Shown here in pieces: positions 1 through 9,393 of a stretch of DNA of 43,694 nt (its first letter is position 1; each line of letters opens with the position of its first letter). The translations under genes and the position numbers were made by a program. This DNA comes from a virus. Taxonomy: Duplodnaviria > Caudoviricetes. Under the pieces are notes generated by a model. The model ran no database searches, was not told the DNA's origin, and saw only the letters and a program-made list of their open reading frames with translations. The DNA lies in IMG/VR virus record IMGVR_UViG_3300032075_000007, positions 1-43,694 of that record; one strand, given 5' to 3'.

Positions 1-132
1 GGCTCCCTCGCCTGGCATTTTGCGCACGGCCACCTCTCGCAATGTGATTTGCGTGTCACGTTTGCGGCGCGGCGGGCGGACGTGGCTCGCGTGGAGGAGG
101 CACTCCTCGATGGGGCAAGCGTCGTGCGGTAG
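1..132 (+). CDS. 3' end of a hypothetical protein (partial)
   Basis: Frame 1 open from base 1 to TAG at 130-132 (GSLAWHFAHG...LLDGASVVR), GC3-rich, followed by a hairpin. Confidence 0.4.
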   Translation, partial: GSLAWHFAHGHLSQCDLRVTFAARRADVARVEEALLDGASVVR

Positions 133-172
133 GCCCCCCCTCAATCCCTTCCAGAGATCGCTGCGGGTTGCC

Positions 173-209
173 CTCTGTCAGAAATACTTTTCATTTATTT
201 CTGACAGAG
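173..209. terminator. 14-bp perfect inverted repeat between convergent genes, probable bidirectional terminator
   Basis: CTCTGTCAGAAATA-9nt-TATTTCTGACAGAG. Confidence 0.55.
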
Positions 210-216
210 CATTGCC

Positions 217-744
217 CTAGGGCCCGGTCACCGTAATATACGGGCTCGCAAACTCCTCAAACGTGATCGTGTAGCTAAAACTCACGAGCGTCAACGTTCC
301 CGCGCGAATGACCGGGGTCCAGTTGGGATTGGGGCAGCCTTGGGCGACCGTCGTGGGGTTGACGCTCTGGGCTGGCACGCTCAAGCGGCCATTCTTCCCT
401 GACGTCACGGTAATTTGTGTCGTCGCGCTAAAACTCGTCGTGTGCGACTCAATCGGGTTGTTGCGGTTAGCCCCAGGATTGTTGCAGTCGACAATGGCGG
501 TATAGCTGGCGGTCAGCGCCACGTCGGCATCGGTGTGGCCGACACCCGCCAGTTCAAACGTACTACAGGTAACGGTAAGGGTCGTTGGATCGACCGTACA
601 GCCAATGGCGCCGGTTTGGAGGTGCGTGCCCGAGGGCGCTTGCGAGGGATCGAGGCTACTCGTAATGGCGGCCAGGGCGCCGCTGGCGCTGAGGCACAGG
701 GCCAGGAGGCCGGCGACCAGCCGGGAGCGCGAACAACGGATCAT
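217..744 (-). CDS. Secreted hypothetical protein (moron-like)
   Basis: 175 aa, Sec-type signal (RSRLVAGLLALCLSASGALA), Thr-rich with paired Cys; AAGGAG RBS upstream. Confidence 0.75.
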   Translation of the reverse strand: MIRCSRSRLVAGLLALCLSASGALAAITSSLDPSQAPSGTHLQTGAIGCTVDPTTLTVTCSTFELAGVGHTDADVALTASYTAIVDCNNPGANRNNPIESHTTSFSATTQITVTSGKNGRLSVPAQSVNPTTVAQGCPNPNWTPVIRAGTLTLVSFSYTITFEEFASPYITVTGP

Positions 745-957
745 GGCGTGTCTCCTTGTGAGTAACGGGTAGCGGGAATGAATGGGACAGCGGGACTACC
801 CTACACGAAGGCAACGCGTGAGGCAAGCGGCGGGACGAGGCAGGCAACCAGGGCGGGTTGCGGGCCCGCCCCAGTCTCCATACAGGCATTCACGAGTAGC
901 CAGGAGTCTAGCAGATCCTCAGCGTTTCTGCACGTCCACAGACGGTACCGCGCGTCT

Positions 958-1179
958 TTAGTTCTCATCCCAGGCCATTAGCTCCCGTTCATGGACCCAG
1001 CTTAGCCACCCGCCTTTCTTGGCGGTGAGTCGGAGACGATATTCTACGAGGGGCTCTAGAATCTCGCGTTGTGTCCACCGGCGCTGCCCAATCCAGTACC
1101 CCTCATGGGGATACTCTGCCCAGCGGACGCATTGGCCCATCTGAAAGCGAAACATATCGGCGTACGGGTCACGGTCCAT
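958..1179 (-). CDS. Small hypothetical protein
   Basis: 73 aa ORF with GAGG RBS. Confidence 0.55.
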   Translation of the reverse strand: MDRDPYADMFRFQMGQCVRWAEYPHEGYWIGQRRWTQREILEPLVEYRLRLTAKKGGWLSWVHERELMAWDEN

Positions 1180-1233
1180 CGAACATTCCTCCTCTGGTCA
1201 CTGCCGGAGATCTTGGAATAAGCAAAATGTCTC

Positions 1234-1302
1234 TCTGAGGCATTGACACCATTCTCTGAGGTATATATAATATACCTCAGATGTCAACAACATAGTCTCA
1301 GA
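1234..1302 (+). promoter_or_regulatory. Consensus sigma70 promoter with palindromic operator array
   Basis: TTGACA 1243-1248, 17 bp, TATAAT 1266-1271; 12-bp IR TCTGAGGTATAT-ata-ATATACCTCAGA 1255-1281; TCTGAG half-sites at 1234 and 1255, inverted at 1276 and 1297. Confidence 0.85.
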
Positions 1303-1313
1303 GGAAACGCACC

Positions 1314-2516
1314 ATGAGTGATATTCTCCGTGAAGGTGTCCAGCAGATTGCTGGCGTTCCTACCAATGACAAGCGTTTTCAGGCACGGATGCGCTTCTCG
1401 ACGCTCCGGCATATGATTCGTGACCCACGCGAACTCGAAGCGAATCACGAGAAACGCGATCAGGATCGTGATCCTGATCTGGAAGCCATTTACCAAATCC
1501 GTGAGACGGCACAACGGGCGGTCAAGGGAAAGAAACGCGAAAATATCGCCTCCTACGCCCACTTCATTGAACATCTCTATGCGGACCCCGAGATCGGATG
1601 TACGCCTGCGATTCATCTGTGGTCTGAAACACCCTTTCAGTATATCGACGGTGGCTTGAGTGGCCCCAGCTATATCGAGATTGATAATGACGCCACGGTG
1701 GTAATTCTCGACGGCGAGACACAATACATGGCGCGGCTCAATGCCTCAAGTCATATCCCTGATATTCGTTCTGAGATGATTCCGGTCGAGATTCATCATG
1801 GCCGCTCCAGACGGTGGGCAGGCGAGTCCTTTTATTGCATGAACGTCTTAGGGGTCACGGCGTCTCCGAATACCTCTATGAGCATGCATAAGTCCGACCC
1901 CCTCGTTCAAATGGTCTATACGCTCCAACAAACGCTTCCCGTGTTCCGCGAGCCCCAGGCGATTACGGCGGGCGGGCGCGGGCTCGCTAAGGGCAGCATT
2001 GTTCTCTTCAATGTGCTGCGCCAGGCGGTGGGTGCGTTTTTTCTTGGCCGCAAAGCGACACAGATCGGCGCGAAAGATATTAGCGAAGAGGACACCGCGC
2101 AGCTTACCCCTGAGCGGATGGATGCCTGTGCGCATTGGTTCCGGTTAGTCACCGAGACCTTAGAGCCAGAGTACAAAGGGGGAAAGACGAAAACCATGGC
2201 GGTGCAGGCGCCAGTCTGGGTTGCCTTGGGGCTGTATGGCCATGAAGCCTTGGGGCGTGGCACTATTGCTGCTGGGGCTCTTGACGAGCTTGCGGAACTC
2301 CGTGCGATCAACTGGAATCGTGGCGCGCACTGGCTCAATATCGGCTTATCGTACAGTGCGAAGGGGTCCTTGTCGGTGGCGAATATCAAGGGCTATGCCG
2401 TGCCCACCTATGAGGCCATCAGTCCTGATGGCTTTGCTGACGCACGGCGCAAAAATCCTGACCTGCCGAATTACTATCAGCAGATTCGCACCAGAGAGGT
2501 GCTCCAGGCCGCGTAG
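1314..2516 (+). CDS. DndB/DGQHR-domain family protein (ParB/Srx superfamily)
   Basis: PAIHLW...ILDGETQYMAR (DGQHR variant)...IPVEIHHG...FYCMNVLG...SDPL pattern typical of DndB-like proteins. Confidence 0.7.
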   Translation: MSDILREGVQQIAGVPTNDKRFQARMRFSTLRHMIRDPRELEANHEKRDQDRDPDLEAIYQIRETAQRAVKGKKRENIASYAHFIEHLYADPEIGCTPAIHLWSETPFQYIDGGLSGPSYIEIDNDATVVILDGETQYMARLNASSHIPDIRSEMIPVEIHHGRSRRWAGESFYCMNVLGVTASPNTSMSMHKSDPLVQMVYTLQQTLPVFREPQAITAGGRGLAKGSIVLFNVLRQAVGAFFLGRKATQIGAKDISEEDTAQLTPERMDACAHWFRLVTETLEPEYKGGKTKTMAVQAPVWVALGLYGHEALGRGTIAAGALDELAELRAINWNRGAHWLNIGLSYSAKGSLSVANIKGYAVPTYEAISPDGFADARRKNPDLPNYYQQIRTREVLQAA

Positions 2517-2529
2517 GAGGGATTCAACA

Positions 2530-2889
2530 ATGGATGCAAAACGATTGCAGTGCGCCATGCAACAGGATAGGGATCATGCGCTGGAGGATGGAAACCGTCT
2601 GATCGCAAAGACGACCGAGCAACTGCGGCTCGGAACCATCGACGGGATCTTCACCTGTGAGGAACGTGCGACTTTGAATGCCAGGGTCGAAGGCTATAAG
2701 GGCATGATGGCCGGAATGGAGGCAGTCTATACCAAGTATCTCACGGTCGTCCAAGAGATCGGTGACAATGATGCTCGGCAGGAAGCCGATCGCGCCGCGA
2801 AGGCCCACGCGCTCTATGTGCATCTCGCCCCTCGTGTCGGGTATGAGGAGTTCGTGCGACTGCTCGCGGAGTATATCTACATGCATTAG
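2530..2889 (+). CDS. Hypothetical helical protein
   Basis: GGAGG RBS then ATG 2530 (MDAKRLQCAM...), directly after the DndB-like gene. Confidence 0.65.
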   Translation: MDAKRLQCAMQQDRDHALEDGNRLIAKTTEQLRLGTIDGIFTCEERATLNARVEGYKGMMAGMEAVYTKYLTVVQEIGDNDARQEADRAAKAHALYVHLAPRVGYEEFVRLLAEYIYMH

Positions 2890-3011
2890 GATGACGCTGG
2901 CGGGCTAGGGAAGGCCTTCCTGAACCCATGTGTTTTGATCCTTTCACGCATGGTGCCTGCCAGTACCCTTGAAAGGATCACCCAACTACTGACCAGTGAA
3001 AGGATAGGGAT

Positions 3012-4463
3012 ATGGAGACTATACGCGAGTTTCCGCTCGATGAGATTACCCTCGACTACAGCATGTATGGCCGTGGCGAGGTCAATACGGCCCGCGTCGC
3101 TGCCTTGACCGAGATCTATAAGGAACGCCCCGAGACCTTTGAGCCACTCCGGCTCTGGGTAGATGGTGGCATCATCAAGCTCTGTGATGGCTTTGCGCGC
3201 TATCTGGCCGCACAGGCTGTTGGTCTCATACAAGTAGCGGGCTTCATTGATGAGGCGATCCAGAGCGCGAAAGCCGCCAAACGTGCTAGCATGCGGCACA
3301 ATACGTTGGAGAAGGATGCGATCCCGAGGGGACGCATTGATGCGTATATCATCGAGTCCTGGCGGGATGGAATGACGGCGAGAGAGATTCAGATTGATGT
3401 GAATAAGACCCAGGCCTACATCTCAGCAGTGCTGAAACCCTTTCGGGAAATGGAGACATGGATACGGGATCTGGATATTCTCCGTCTCCACTTGGCAGGG
3501 TATACGGATGCGGAAATCGCAGAGGAGCTTGGCGGAGATATTGGCGCATCAAGAGTACCGCAGATTCGTCATAATTTGTTTTTGGAAAAACAAATTATAG
3601 CTATTTTAGAGGAATCCCGTCCCGACTACGTTGCTATCCGCGATGATCGCCTTGGCGCCCACCTCCTGAATCCCTGGGAGCCACCACCGTTGAACTTCAC
3701 CCTCGACACTCTGACAGGGATGGACATCGTTGAACGTACAGTAGAACCTGATGATCCTTATATCATCTATGGCAGCTCCTACTGGAGTTTTGGTGCTGAC
3801 CTTGCGCAGTATGGGACCAACCATTATCCGGGGCGCATCCCTGGGAAAATTATCGAAGGATTGTTACATCTCTATACCAAACCCTTTGAGAATGTCTATG
3901 ATCCGTTTGCGGGTGGCGGAACGACGCTGGATGTCTGTAAGGCCTATTTTCGGCGCTACTGGGGCAGCGACATTGCTCCACTGGCAACCAGGCGAGATAT
4001 TCGCCAGCATGACATTCTGAGCGGTGCGCCTAGTTTCTTTCCCCAGGGTTACCGCATGAAATTCATTATGCTCGATCCGCCGTATTGGGCACAAAAGAGA
4101 GGGGAGTATTCTGCGGATGAGAGGAACCTTGCGAATTTATCGTTGCACCAATTTTATGAAGCGCTGGATGCCGTTCTGCTCACATGTAAGAGCCTTCTTA
4201 CCAAAGACGGCGTCATTGCCCTGCTGATCGGCCCCACACAAAATGGCCAACGGTATGACCATGCGATTGATATCTGTAAACGGATGGATCGCCTCGGCCT
4301 CACGTTAATTAACCGGCTCATCGTCCCCTACTCCATGCATCAGGTGAAGGCCTATCATGTGACCCAAATGCGTGAAACAAATAGGCTTGCGGATACCAAC
4401 GCGAAGAAGCGCCTGTGCAAGCGGTATCGGGATCTTCTTGTGATGCAGTCGCAGGAGTTGTAG
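3012..4463 (+). CDS. ParB-like N-terminal domain + HTH + DNA amino-methyltransferase (N6A/N4C)
   Basis: ParB-like LCDGFARYLAA; HTH-like GMTAREI and GYTDAEIAEELG; YPGRIP, motif I DPFAGGGTT, motif IV LDPPYW. Confidence 0.85.
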   Translation: METIREFPLDEITLDYSMYGRGEVNTARVAALTEIYKERPETFEPLRLWVDGGIIKLCDGFARYLAAQAVGLIQVAGFIDEAIQSAKAAKRASMRHNTLEKDAIPRGRIDAYIIESWRDGMTAREIQIDVNKTQAYISAVLKPFREMETWIRDLDILRLHLAGYTDAEIAEELGGDIGASRVPQIRHNLFLEKQIIAILEESRPDYVAIRDDRLGAHLLNPWEPPPLNFTLDTLTGMDIVERTVEPDDPYIIYGSSYWSFGADLAQYGTNHYPGRIPGKIIEGLLHLYTKPFENVYDPFAGGGTTLDVCKAYFRRYWGSDIAPLATRRDIRQHDILSGAPSFFPQGYRMKFIMLDPPYWAQKRGEYSADERNLANLSLHQFYEALDAVLLTCKSLLTKDGVIALLIGPTQNGQRYDHAIDICKRMDRLGLTLINRLIVPYSMHQVKAYHVTQMRETNRLADTNAKKRLCKRYRDLLVMQSQEL

Positions 4464-4467
4464 TGCG

Positions 4468-4944
4468 ATGTCTCTTCCCCTGGTCTTTCCGCGACACATG
4501 CTGCCGAGTCTCCGGTCGTGCGCACTTCGACAGGATTGGTTCCTGAGCCATGAGCACGAGAATCGTATGATCCTCATGACCAACGCGGCGTATAGTGATG
4601 ATGACGTGAACAAACGGGTGCCATTAGTGATTCAGGTGACCGATGTATGGGATGTCTATGTCTTCCCCTCAACAACATGGGACCAGATAGCGGCTCTGCC
4701 GACGGGGGCGGCTATCTATTATGTGTTAGATAGGGACAGCGGCATCCTCTATGTCGGCGCGAGCAAGCATTTGCGTCAGCGCTGGGTCAATCATCATCGG
4801 AGGGCTGACTTGGCGGCAGTCGGCGCTACACGCATTGCGTGGCAAGCCGTCTGGCCAGAGTTCCTGCCCTTGGAAGCGCTCTTTATCCGCTATTGCGAGC
4901 CGCAGTGGCAGCAACCGCCATCCGTTCGCTCTTCTACACACTAG
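4468..4944 (+). CDS. GIY-YIG nuclease family protein (start uncertain)
   Basis: AIYYVLD...ILYVGASKHLRQRWVNH...LEALFI. Confidence 0.75.
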   Translation: MSLPLVFPRHMLPSLRSCALRQDWFLSHEHENRMILMTNAAYSDDDVNKRVPLVIQVTDVWDVYVFPSTTWDQIAALPTGAAIYYVLDRDSGILYVGASKHLRQRWVNHHRRADLAAVGATRIAWQAVWPEFLPLEALFIRYCEPQWQQPPSVRSSTH

Positions 4945-4953
4945 GAGCCCCCT

Positions 4954-5166
4954 ATGCCCCCCGACCCCTGGCCCCGCCGCGTGCTGAACGCGATTCCTCC
5001 CATGCAGGATCGGCTGTGGGTCGGTATCTTGCTCTTCACAATCTTCATCTGCGGGGTGAGCCTGGGGCTCATGCTCCGCTTCCCGCGCCCCACCACGCCG
5101 ACGTCCTCACTCCAGCAGCAACTCGACCGCTTGGAGCAGCGGGTGCGCATCCTTGAACAACGCTAG
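4954..5166 (+). CDS. Small membrane protein
   Basis: AGGAG RBS, one TM helix (LWVGILLFTIFICGVSLGLML), short coiled-coil. Confidence 0.65.
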   Translation: MPPDPWPRRVLNAIPPMQDRLWVGILLFTIFICGVSLGLMLRFPRPTTPTSSLQQQLDRLEQRVRILEQR

Positions 5167-5174
5167 GAGGAGCC

Positions 5175-5471
5175 ATGACCTCACAGGACCGGGCCGCACT
5201 CATCGCTTCGTTACGCGGATGGCGACAGACCCTCGCCGTCCAGGCCAAAGCGTATCTGGAAGACCCTCACTCCCGGGGCGTCGACTGGAGTCGTTGGACG
5301 CGGGCCCATTGTGAGCTGGCAGCCCGGTCGCCCTATAGCGAGCTCGCGCCCGCGTGCCTGTGCCACGAAGAGTACCTGATCGAGGTCCTGCTGCAGATGC
5401 TCCCGACGCGGGACGAGATGCAGCATGACGGGATCTGGCTCGATCAGCCCCACGCGCTAAATAATCCTTGA
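5175..5471 (+). CDS. Hypothetical protein
   Basis: AGGAGGAG RBS, 98 aa. Confidence 0.6.
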   Translation: MTSQDRAALIASLRGWRQTLAVQAKAYLEDPHSRGVDWSRWTRAHCELAARSPYSELAPACLCHEEYLIEVLLQMLPTRDEMQHDGIWLDQPHALNNP

Positions 5472-5547
5472 CATTTTACTTGAACGCTCCCACTCTCTAG
5501 CCACAATTTGCTCTTGCCCTCGGGCGAGATCCGCCTCTGTCCATCAC

Positions 5548-5587
5548 GCGGCCTTTGGGAACACGGTTCCTGGAGGCCGCTTTTTTT
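5548..5587 (+). terminator. Intrinsic terminator upstream of head genes
   Basis: GCGGCCT..GGGAAC-acg-GTTCCT..AGGCCGC hairpin followed by T7. Confidence 0.75.
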
Positions 5588-5672
5588 GTGCCCCTCTACC
5601 ACAATGGGACGTTGTGGTCGCTGTTCCGCTGCCGGCGGGATGCCGGTCGTTCCTTGTACACCGGGAGGGTGT

Positions 5673-6452
5673 ATGGCCTTAAAGCAAGCGTATGACGTGC
5701 AGACCGAGATTCCGAGTGCCCTCATGGAGCACTACGGGGACAAAGACGGCAGGTGGGTACTGCAGCTCGATCCACCCGCCGAGGATGTGACGGGTCTCAA
5801 GAATGCCTTGAATCAAGAGCGCAACTTGCGGCGGGAAGCCGAAAAGAGCGTGACGGATCTCAAGGTCAAGTTTGAAGGCATTGATCCCGACGAGTATCAC
5901 AAACTCCAGGAACGCGTCAAAGGCCTGGACGATGCAGACATCTATGATAAGCAGGGGATCGAATCCCTCGTCGCGCGTCGCACTGAGAGCATGAAGGCGG
6001 ACCATGAGCGGCAGGTAGGGTCCCTCAAGCGCGAGAACGATCAGCTCAAAACGACCGCGGGTGAGTACGAACGTCGCTGGCGACAAGACCGCATCAAAAC
6101 AGCGCTGATCAGTGCCGTGAGCGGCTCCGGGGTCGATAAAGATGCGGTGCCGGATGGCGTCACGCGGGGCCTGGCCGTCTTTACGGACCTGGATGAGGAG
6201 GGCCTGCCCGTTGCCAAAAAGGGCGAGGATGTTGTGTATGGCAAAGATGGCATTACGCCCCTACGCCCCGATGAATGGATTGGCACGCTCAAAGCGTCAG
6301 GCACGGCACGCCATCTCTGGCCTCCGTCGTCCGGTGGCGGTGCCCCGGCGAGTCATAGTGGCAATGGCGCGGGCATCGACTGGCAAAGCATTACGAATCC
6401 GGCAGAACGCCTGACCCGCTTTCGCGAGTGGCAGGCGACGCAAACCCGCTAA
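5673..6452 (+). CDS. Capsid scaffolding protein
   Basis: GGAGGG RBS, ATG 5673; EDVTGLKNALNQER coiled-coil, Gly-rich C-terminal linker, directly before capsid gene. Confidence 0.8.
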   Translation: MALKQAYDVQTEIPSALMEHYGDKDGRWVLQLDPPAEDVTGLKNALNQERNLRREAEKSVTDLKVKFEGIDPDEYHKLQERVKGLDDADIYDKQGIESLVARRTESMKADHERQVGSLKRENDQLKTTAGEYERRWRQDRIKTALISAVSGSGVDKDAVPDGVTRGLAVFTDLDEEGLPVAKKGEDVVYGKDGITPLRPDEWIGTLKASGTARHLWPPSSGGGAPASHSGNGAGIDWQSITNPAERLTRFREWQATQTR

Positions 6453-6525
6453 CTCCTCCCCTGACGAGCCTCCTGGCAGGGCGCTGAGACAGGGGTAGGG
6501 ACATCCGTACGGAGGAAACATCCCT

Positions 6526-7461
6526 ATGGCCCTGACTATCGTCGAGGCGTCCAAGCTGAATTCCGGTGACGTCGCACGCACGGCAATCGTGGAGATGTAC
6601 GCGAGGAATTCTGACATTCTGAGAGTGTTACCTTTTGAAGGGATCGCGGGCAACGCACTCAAGTATAATCGTGAGGATATTTTGCCCGGCGTGGGATTTC
6701 GTGGAGTGAACGAAGGATTTATCGAGTCGGTTGGCGTGCTCAATCCCATCACAGAATCCCTTGTTATTGCTGGGGGAGACCTCGATGTTGATCGGTTTAT
6801 CACCCAGACCATGGGAGCGAACCAACGGAGTGTCCAAGAAGGGCTGAAGGTGAAAGCCCTGGCACATCGCTGGACCCTCGCGTTTATAAAAGGTGACAGT
6901 TCAGCCGACCCGAGAGAGTTTGATGGCCTTCAGAGAAGGATACCGCCAGGCAGCTCGCAACTCCTCGATGCCGGGGCCACGTCGGGCGGGGATGCGCTGT
7001 CGCTGTTCAAGCTCGATACGCTCATTAGCAAGGTTGATGACGCGAATTTTCTCATTATGAATAATACTATGGCGCTTAGGTTGGCCCAAGCAGCTCGCAA
7101 TACTGCGGTTGGCGGCTTCATCACGTGGAATCCGTCGGAGTTTGGCCAGCGCATCATGAGCTACAACGGCATTCCGATTCTCGTCGCGAAAGAAGACAAC
7201 CTGGGCAACGACATTCTCCCCTTTACCGAGGCCAACCCTGGCGGTGGCGCAGCAGCCAGTACGAGCATCTACGCCGTGCAAATGGGCGATGGCGGGCTGG
7301 TTGGGATTCAGAACCAGGACATTAGCGTGCGTGACCTCGGGGAGCTGGAGGCAAAACCGGTCTTTAGGACCAGAGTGGAATGGTACGCTTCGATCGCGTG
7401 CTTTTCGGGCCGTAGCATGGCACGTCTTAGGGGCGTGAAAGACGCTGCCATTGTAGTATAG
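6526..7461 (+). CDS. Major capsid protein (HK97 fold)
   Basis: 311 aa; ILRVLPF, GFRGVNEG, GGDLDVDRF, DPREFDGL motifs; position after scaffold. Confidence 0.9.
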   Translation: MALTIVEASKLNSGDVARTAIVEMYARNSDILRVLPFEGIAGNALKYNREDILPGVGFRGVNEGFIESVGVLNPITESLVIAGGDLDVDRFITQTMGANQRSVQEGLKVKALAHRWTLAFIKGDSSADPREFDGLQRRIPPGSSQLLDAGATSGGDALSLFKLDTLISKVDDANFLIMNNTMALRLAQAARNTAVGGFITWNPSEFGQRIMSYNGIPILVAKEDNLGNDILPFTEANPGGGAAASTSIYAVQMGDGGLVGIQNQDISVRDLGELEAKPVFRTRVEWYASIACFSGRSMARLRGVKDAAIVV

Positions 7462-7466
7462 TATGT

Positions 7467-8351
7467 TTAGTCACTAAGAGGCTTCTGCTGATGCAGTATG
7501 CGATAGCTGATGGCTCTACCCGTGACCCCGTAGCGAGTACCCAATTGCTTGAAGGTCCATTGTCCGGTTGCATACAGGGCGATGCATTCTTGCAATTGAG
7601 CTTCTGTCAACTTCATCCTCGGACTCTTGTCGCCTCGCAAGACCGATGCAGGATGCAGGCGCATGCCATTGCGATCTCCAGATGTCTGGGGACGGGTTGG
7701 ATGTTGTTCGTTCCACTGTTTGAGGCGGGCAATGACTGGCGCCGGGTTTGTCTGCATCACCCCACGTCCTTTGGCAATCATGTCCTGCATATTGTCGGTG
7801 TGTGTGCCAAGAAAGAGACAGTCCTCGTTGTTGACGCACGCTCTGACATCGCAACCATGGAGCACAAACAGACCTTCGGGCGGCCATGCACCCGTTTTCA
7901 GGAACCAGCTGACGATATGCGCACTGATGTTCCCTTCTTTGTAGGGTGTGGCGCGAAAATTCCCGTAGCCGTTCGCATGGGTTGCGCCTCTCCACAACCA
8001 GCAGAGACCTCTCGGGCCATAGCCCGGCGTTTTGTCCACTTTACTCCAGAAGCGTGCCGCAAAGGCGTCGTGGCTCTGGATCAGTCGTGCGGCTTGGTAG
8101 CAGGCCGGCGAGCAGTATTTCCAGATAGTGGCTTGCCATGGCAATACGGCAAATGTTTGACCACATGGGGTATAGGCACAGGTAAGCATTTGAGGAAAGA
8201 CGCGAGGTTGCTGTCTCGCCAAGCGTCGGCATGTGGGCGAATGATACCGTATGCCTCCACGCTTGGCTTCGGCAGGCATGGCCTCAAAGGGCTTGCTACA
8301 CGGTTCATAGGCACAGAGAAGTTGGATACGTGGGACACGATGAGCAGGCAT
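7467..8351 (-). CDS. HNH homing endonuclease 1 (N-terminal Zn-finger repeats)
   Basis: FWSKVDK..CWLWRG..YGNF..AHIVSW..VLHGCDVRACVN..LFLGTHTDNMQD; C-terminal HTH. Confidence 0.9.
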   Translation of the reverse strand: MPAHRVPRIQLLCAYEPCSKPFEAMPAEAKRGGIRYHSPTCRRLARQQPRVFPQMLTCAYTPCGQTFAVLPWQATIWKYCSPACYQAARLIQSHDAFAARFWSKVDKTPGYGPRGLCWLWRGATHANGYGNFRATPYKEGNISAHIVSWFLKTGAWPPEGLFVLHGCDVRACVNNEDCLFLGTHTDNMQDMIAKGRGVMQTNPAPVIARLKQWNEQHPTRPQTSGDRNGMRLHPASVLRGDKSPRMKLTEAQLQECIALYATGQWTFKQLGTRYGVTGRAISYRILHQQKPLSD

Positions 8352-8462
8352 CAGATGATCTCCCTATCGAGCCGTTGGAGGTATGTGTTAGGCCCTCATG
8401 TGGATAGGCACACAAGGCTTTTGATCGGGAGCTGGCCGGCTCCACCTAACCTCCAGAGTATA
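8352..8462 (-). promoter_or_regulatory. TATACT -10 and structured 5' leader of HNH1
   Basis: -10 at 8457-8462; hairpin loop CCUAUC complementary to GAUAGG in the RBS hairpin. Confidence 0.6.
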
Positions 8463-8495
8463 CAGCATAGGCTCTTGAAAATAAAGGAGTAAGAT

Positions 8496-8924
8496 GTGAC
8501 CACGCAAGTTTTCGACAAGGCCCTTGAACTTTTAAGTCCAGGTGCCGCGCTGGCTGCGACCGGCAGCAGCACGGGTGTGCTCCTCTACCCCCGTCAGTTC
8601 CCGACGTGCGACTGGGTAATCTACGCGTCAGGTGTGGTGGCAACGGGTACCTACACGCTGAATCTTCAGGTGTCTGATCTCGTCGGCGGGACCTATACGA
8701 CCATCGCCTCCGTGACCTGGCCCCCCGCCGTCGCCGGAGGCAAGCTCCATGTTGCCATTAACGGGGCGCAAGCCCAATGGCTTGATAATGATAGCAAGTT
8801 CATCCGCGTCAACTATGTCATCGGTGGCGCCACGCCGGGCATTGTGCTCGGATCGTACATTGGGAAAGCCAGCAACAATGCGGGTTTGGCAGTGGACGTG
8901 GGTGACATCTACACGTTTGTATAG
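8496..8924 (+). CDS. Putative capsid decoration/cement protein
   Basis: AAGGAG RBS, beta-rich 142 aa, first structural gene after capsid. Confidence 0.55.
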   Translation: MTTQVFDKALELLSPGAALAATGSSTGVLLYPRQFPTCDWVIYASGVVATGTYTLNLQVSDLVGGTYTTIASVTWPPAVAGGKLHVAINGAQAQWLDNDSKFIRVNYVIGGATPGIVLGSYIGKASNNAGLAVDVGDIYTFV

Positions 8925-8977
8925 TTCATTATATCCTTCCAGAATGCATTCTGGATGCCGAGAAGGAGTAGTACAAG

Positions 8978-9385
8978 ATGCCTCAAAATCCAGTCCTCGT
9001 GTACGAGAAAGACAGTGGTTCCCCTTGCTATATGCATACCGTCGATGCACGTGAGGCGGTGCGCCTGGGCGATTACACGGCTGCCCCGCCGGGGGGCAAG
9101 GACCCGGAGCCCGAGGCGCGGGCGTCGGCGATGAGCCGTTTCCGCACCGGTCAGGGGGCCACGCATCCCGAGCTCCAGACCGAGGAGGAGCGCGACGAGG
9201 CCCGGGCCAAGGCGAATGAGCAGGCGGCGCTCATGGCCGGGGTGCCCGAAGGCGCACAGGTCGTCGTCATGGCGCCCAGCAAGGCTGACGCTCCTAGCGC
9301 CCGGAGTACGGCGCGGAGTCACCAGGCGACCCCGAGTAGCAGTACGCCACCGGCGACCCCGCCTGCCTCGCGGCGCAGTGAATAG
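8978..9385 (+). CDS. Hypothetical phage protein
   Basis: AAGGAG RBS, 135 aa. Confidence 0.7.
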   Translation: MPQNPVLVYEKDSGSPCYMHTVDAREAVRLGDYTAAPPGGKDPEPEARASAMSRFRTGQGATHPELQTEEERDEARAKANEQAALMAGVPEGAQVVVMAPSKADAPSARSTARSHQATPSSSTPPATPPASRRSE

Positions 9386-9393
9386 GCGCGGCG

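Noticed and set aside
61-108. Partial gapped match of array 2 (RADVARVEE)
   Set aside because: Only 7 of 16 dinucleotides match, which is expected by chance in a GC-rich 44 kb window.
1314-2516. A complete phosphorothioation (dnd) system
   Set aside because: No dndA/C/D/E-like genes in the window.
5508-5672. N-terminal extension of the scaffold ORF
   Set aside because: It runs through the terminator; the RBS supports ATG 5673.
7491-8492. 333-aa plus-strand ORF, and similar ORFs at 21047, 27097 and 29225
   Set aside because: They are antisense to clear HNH genes and show no motifs.
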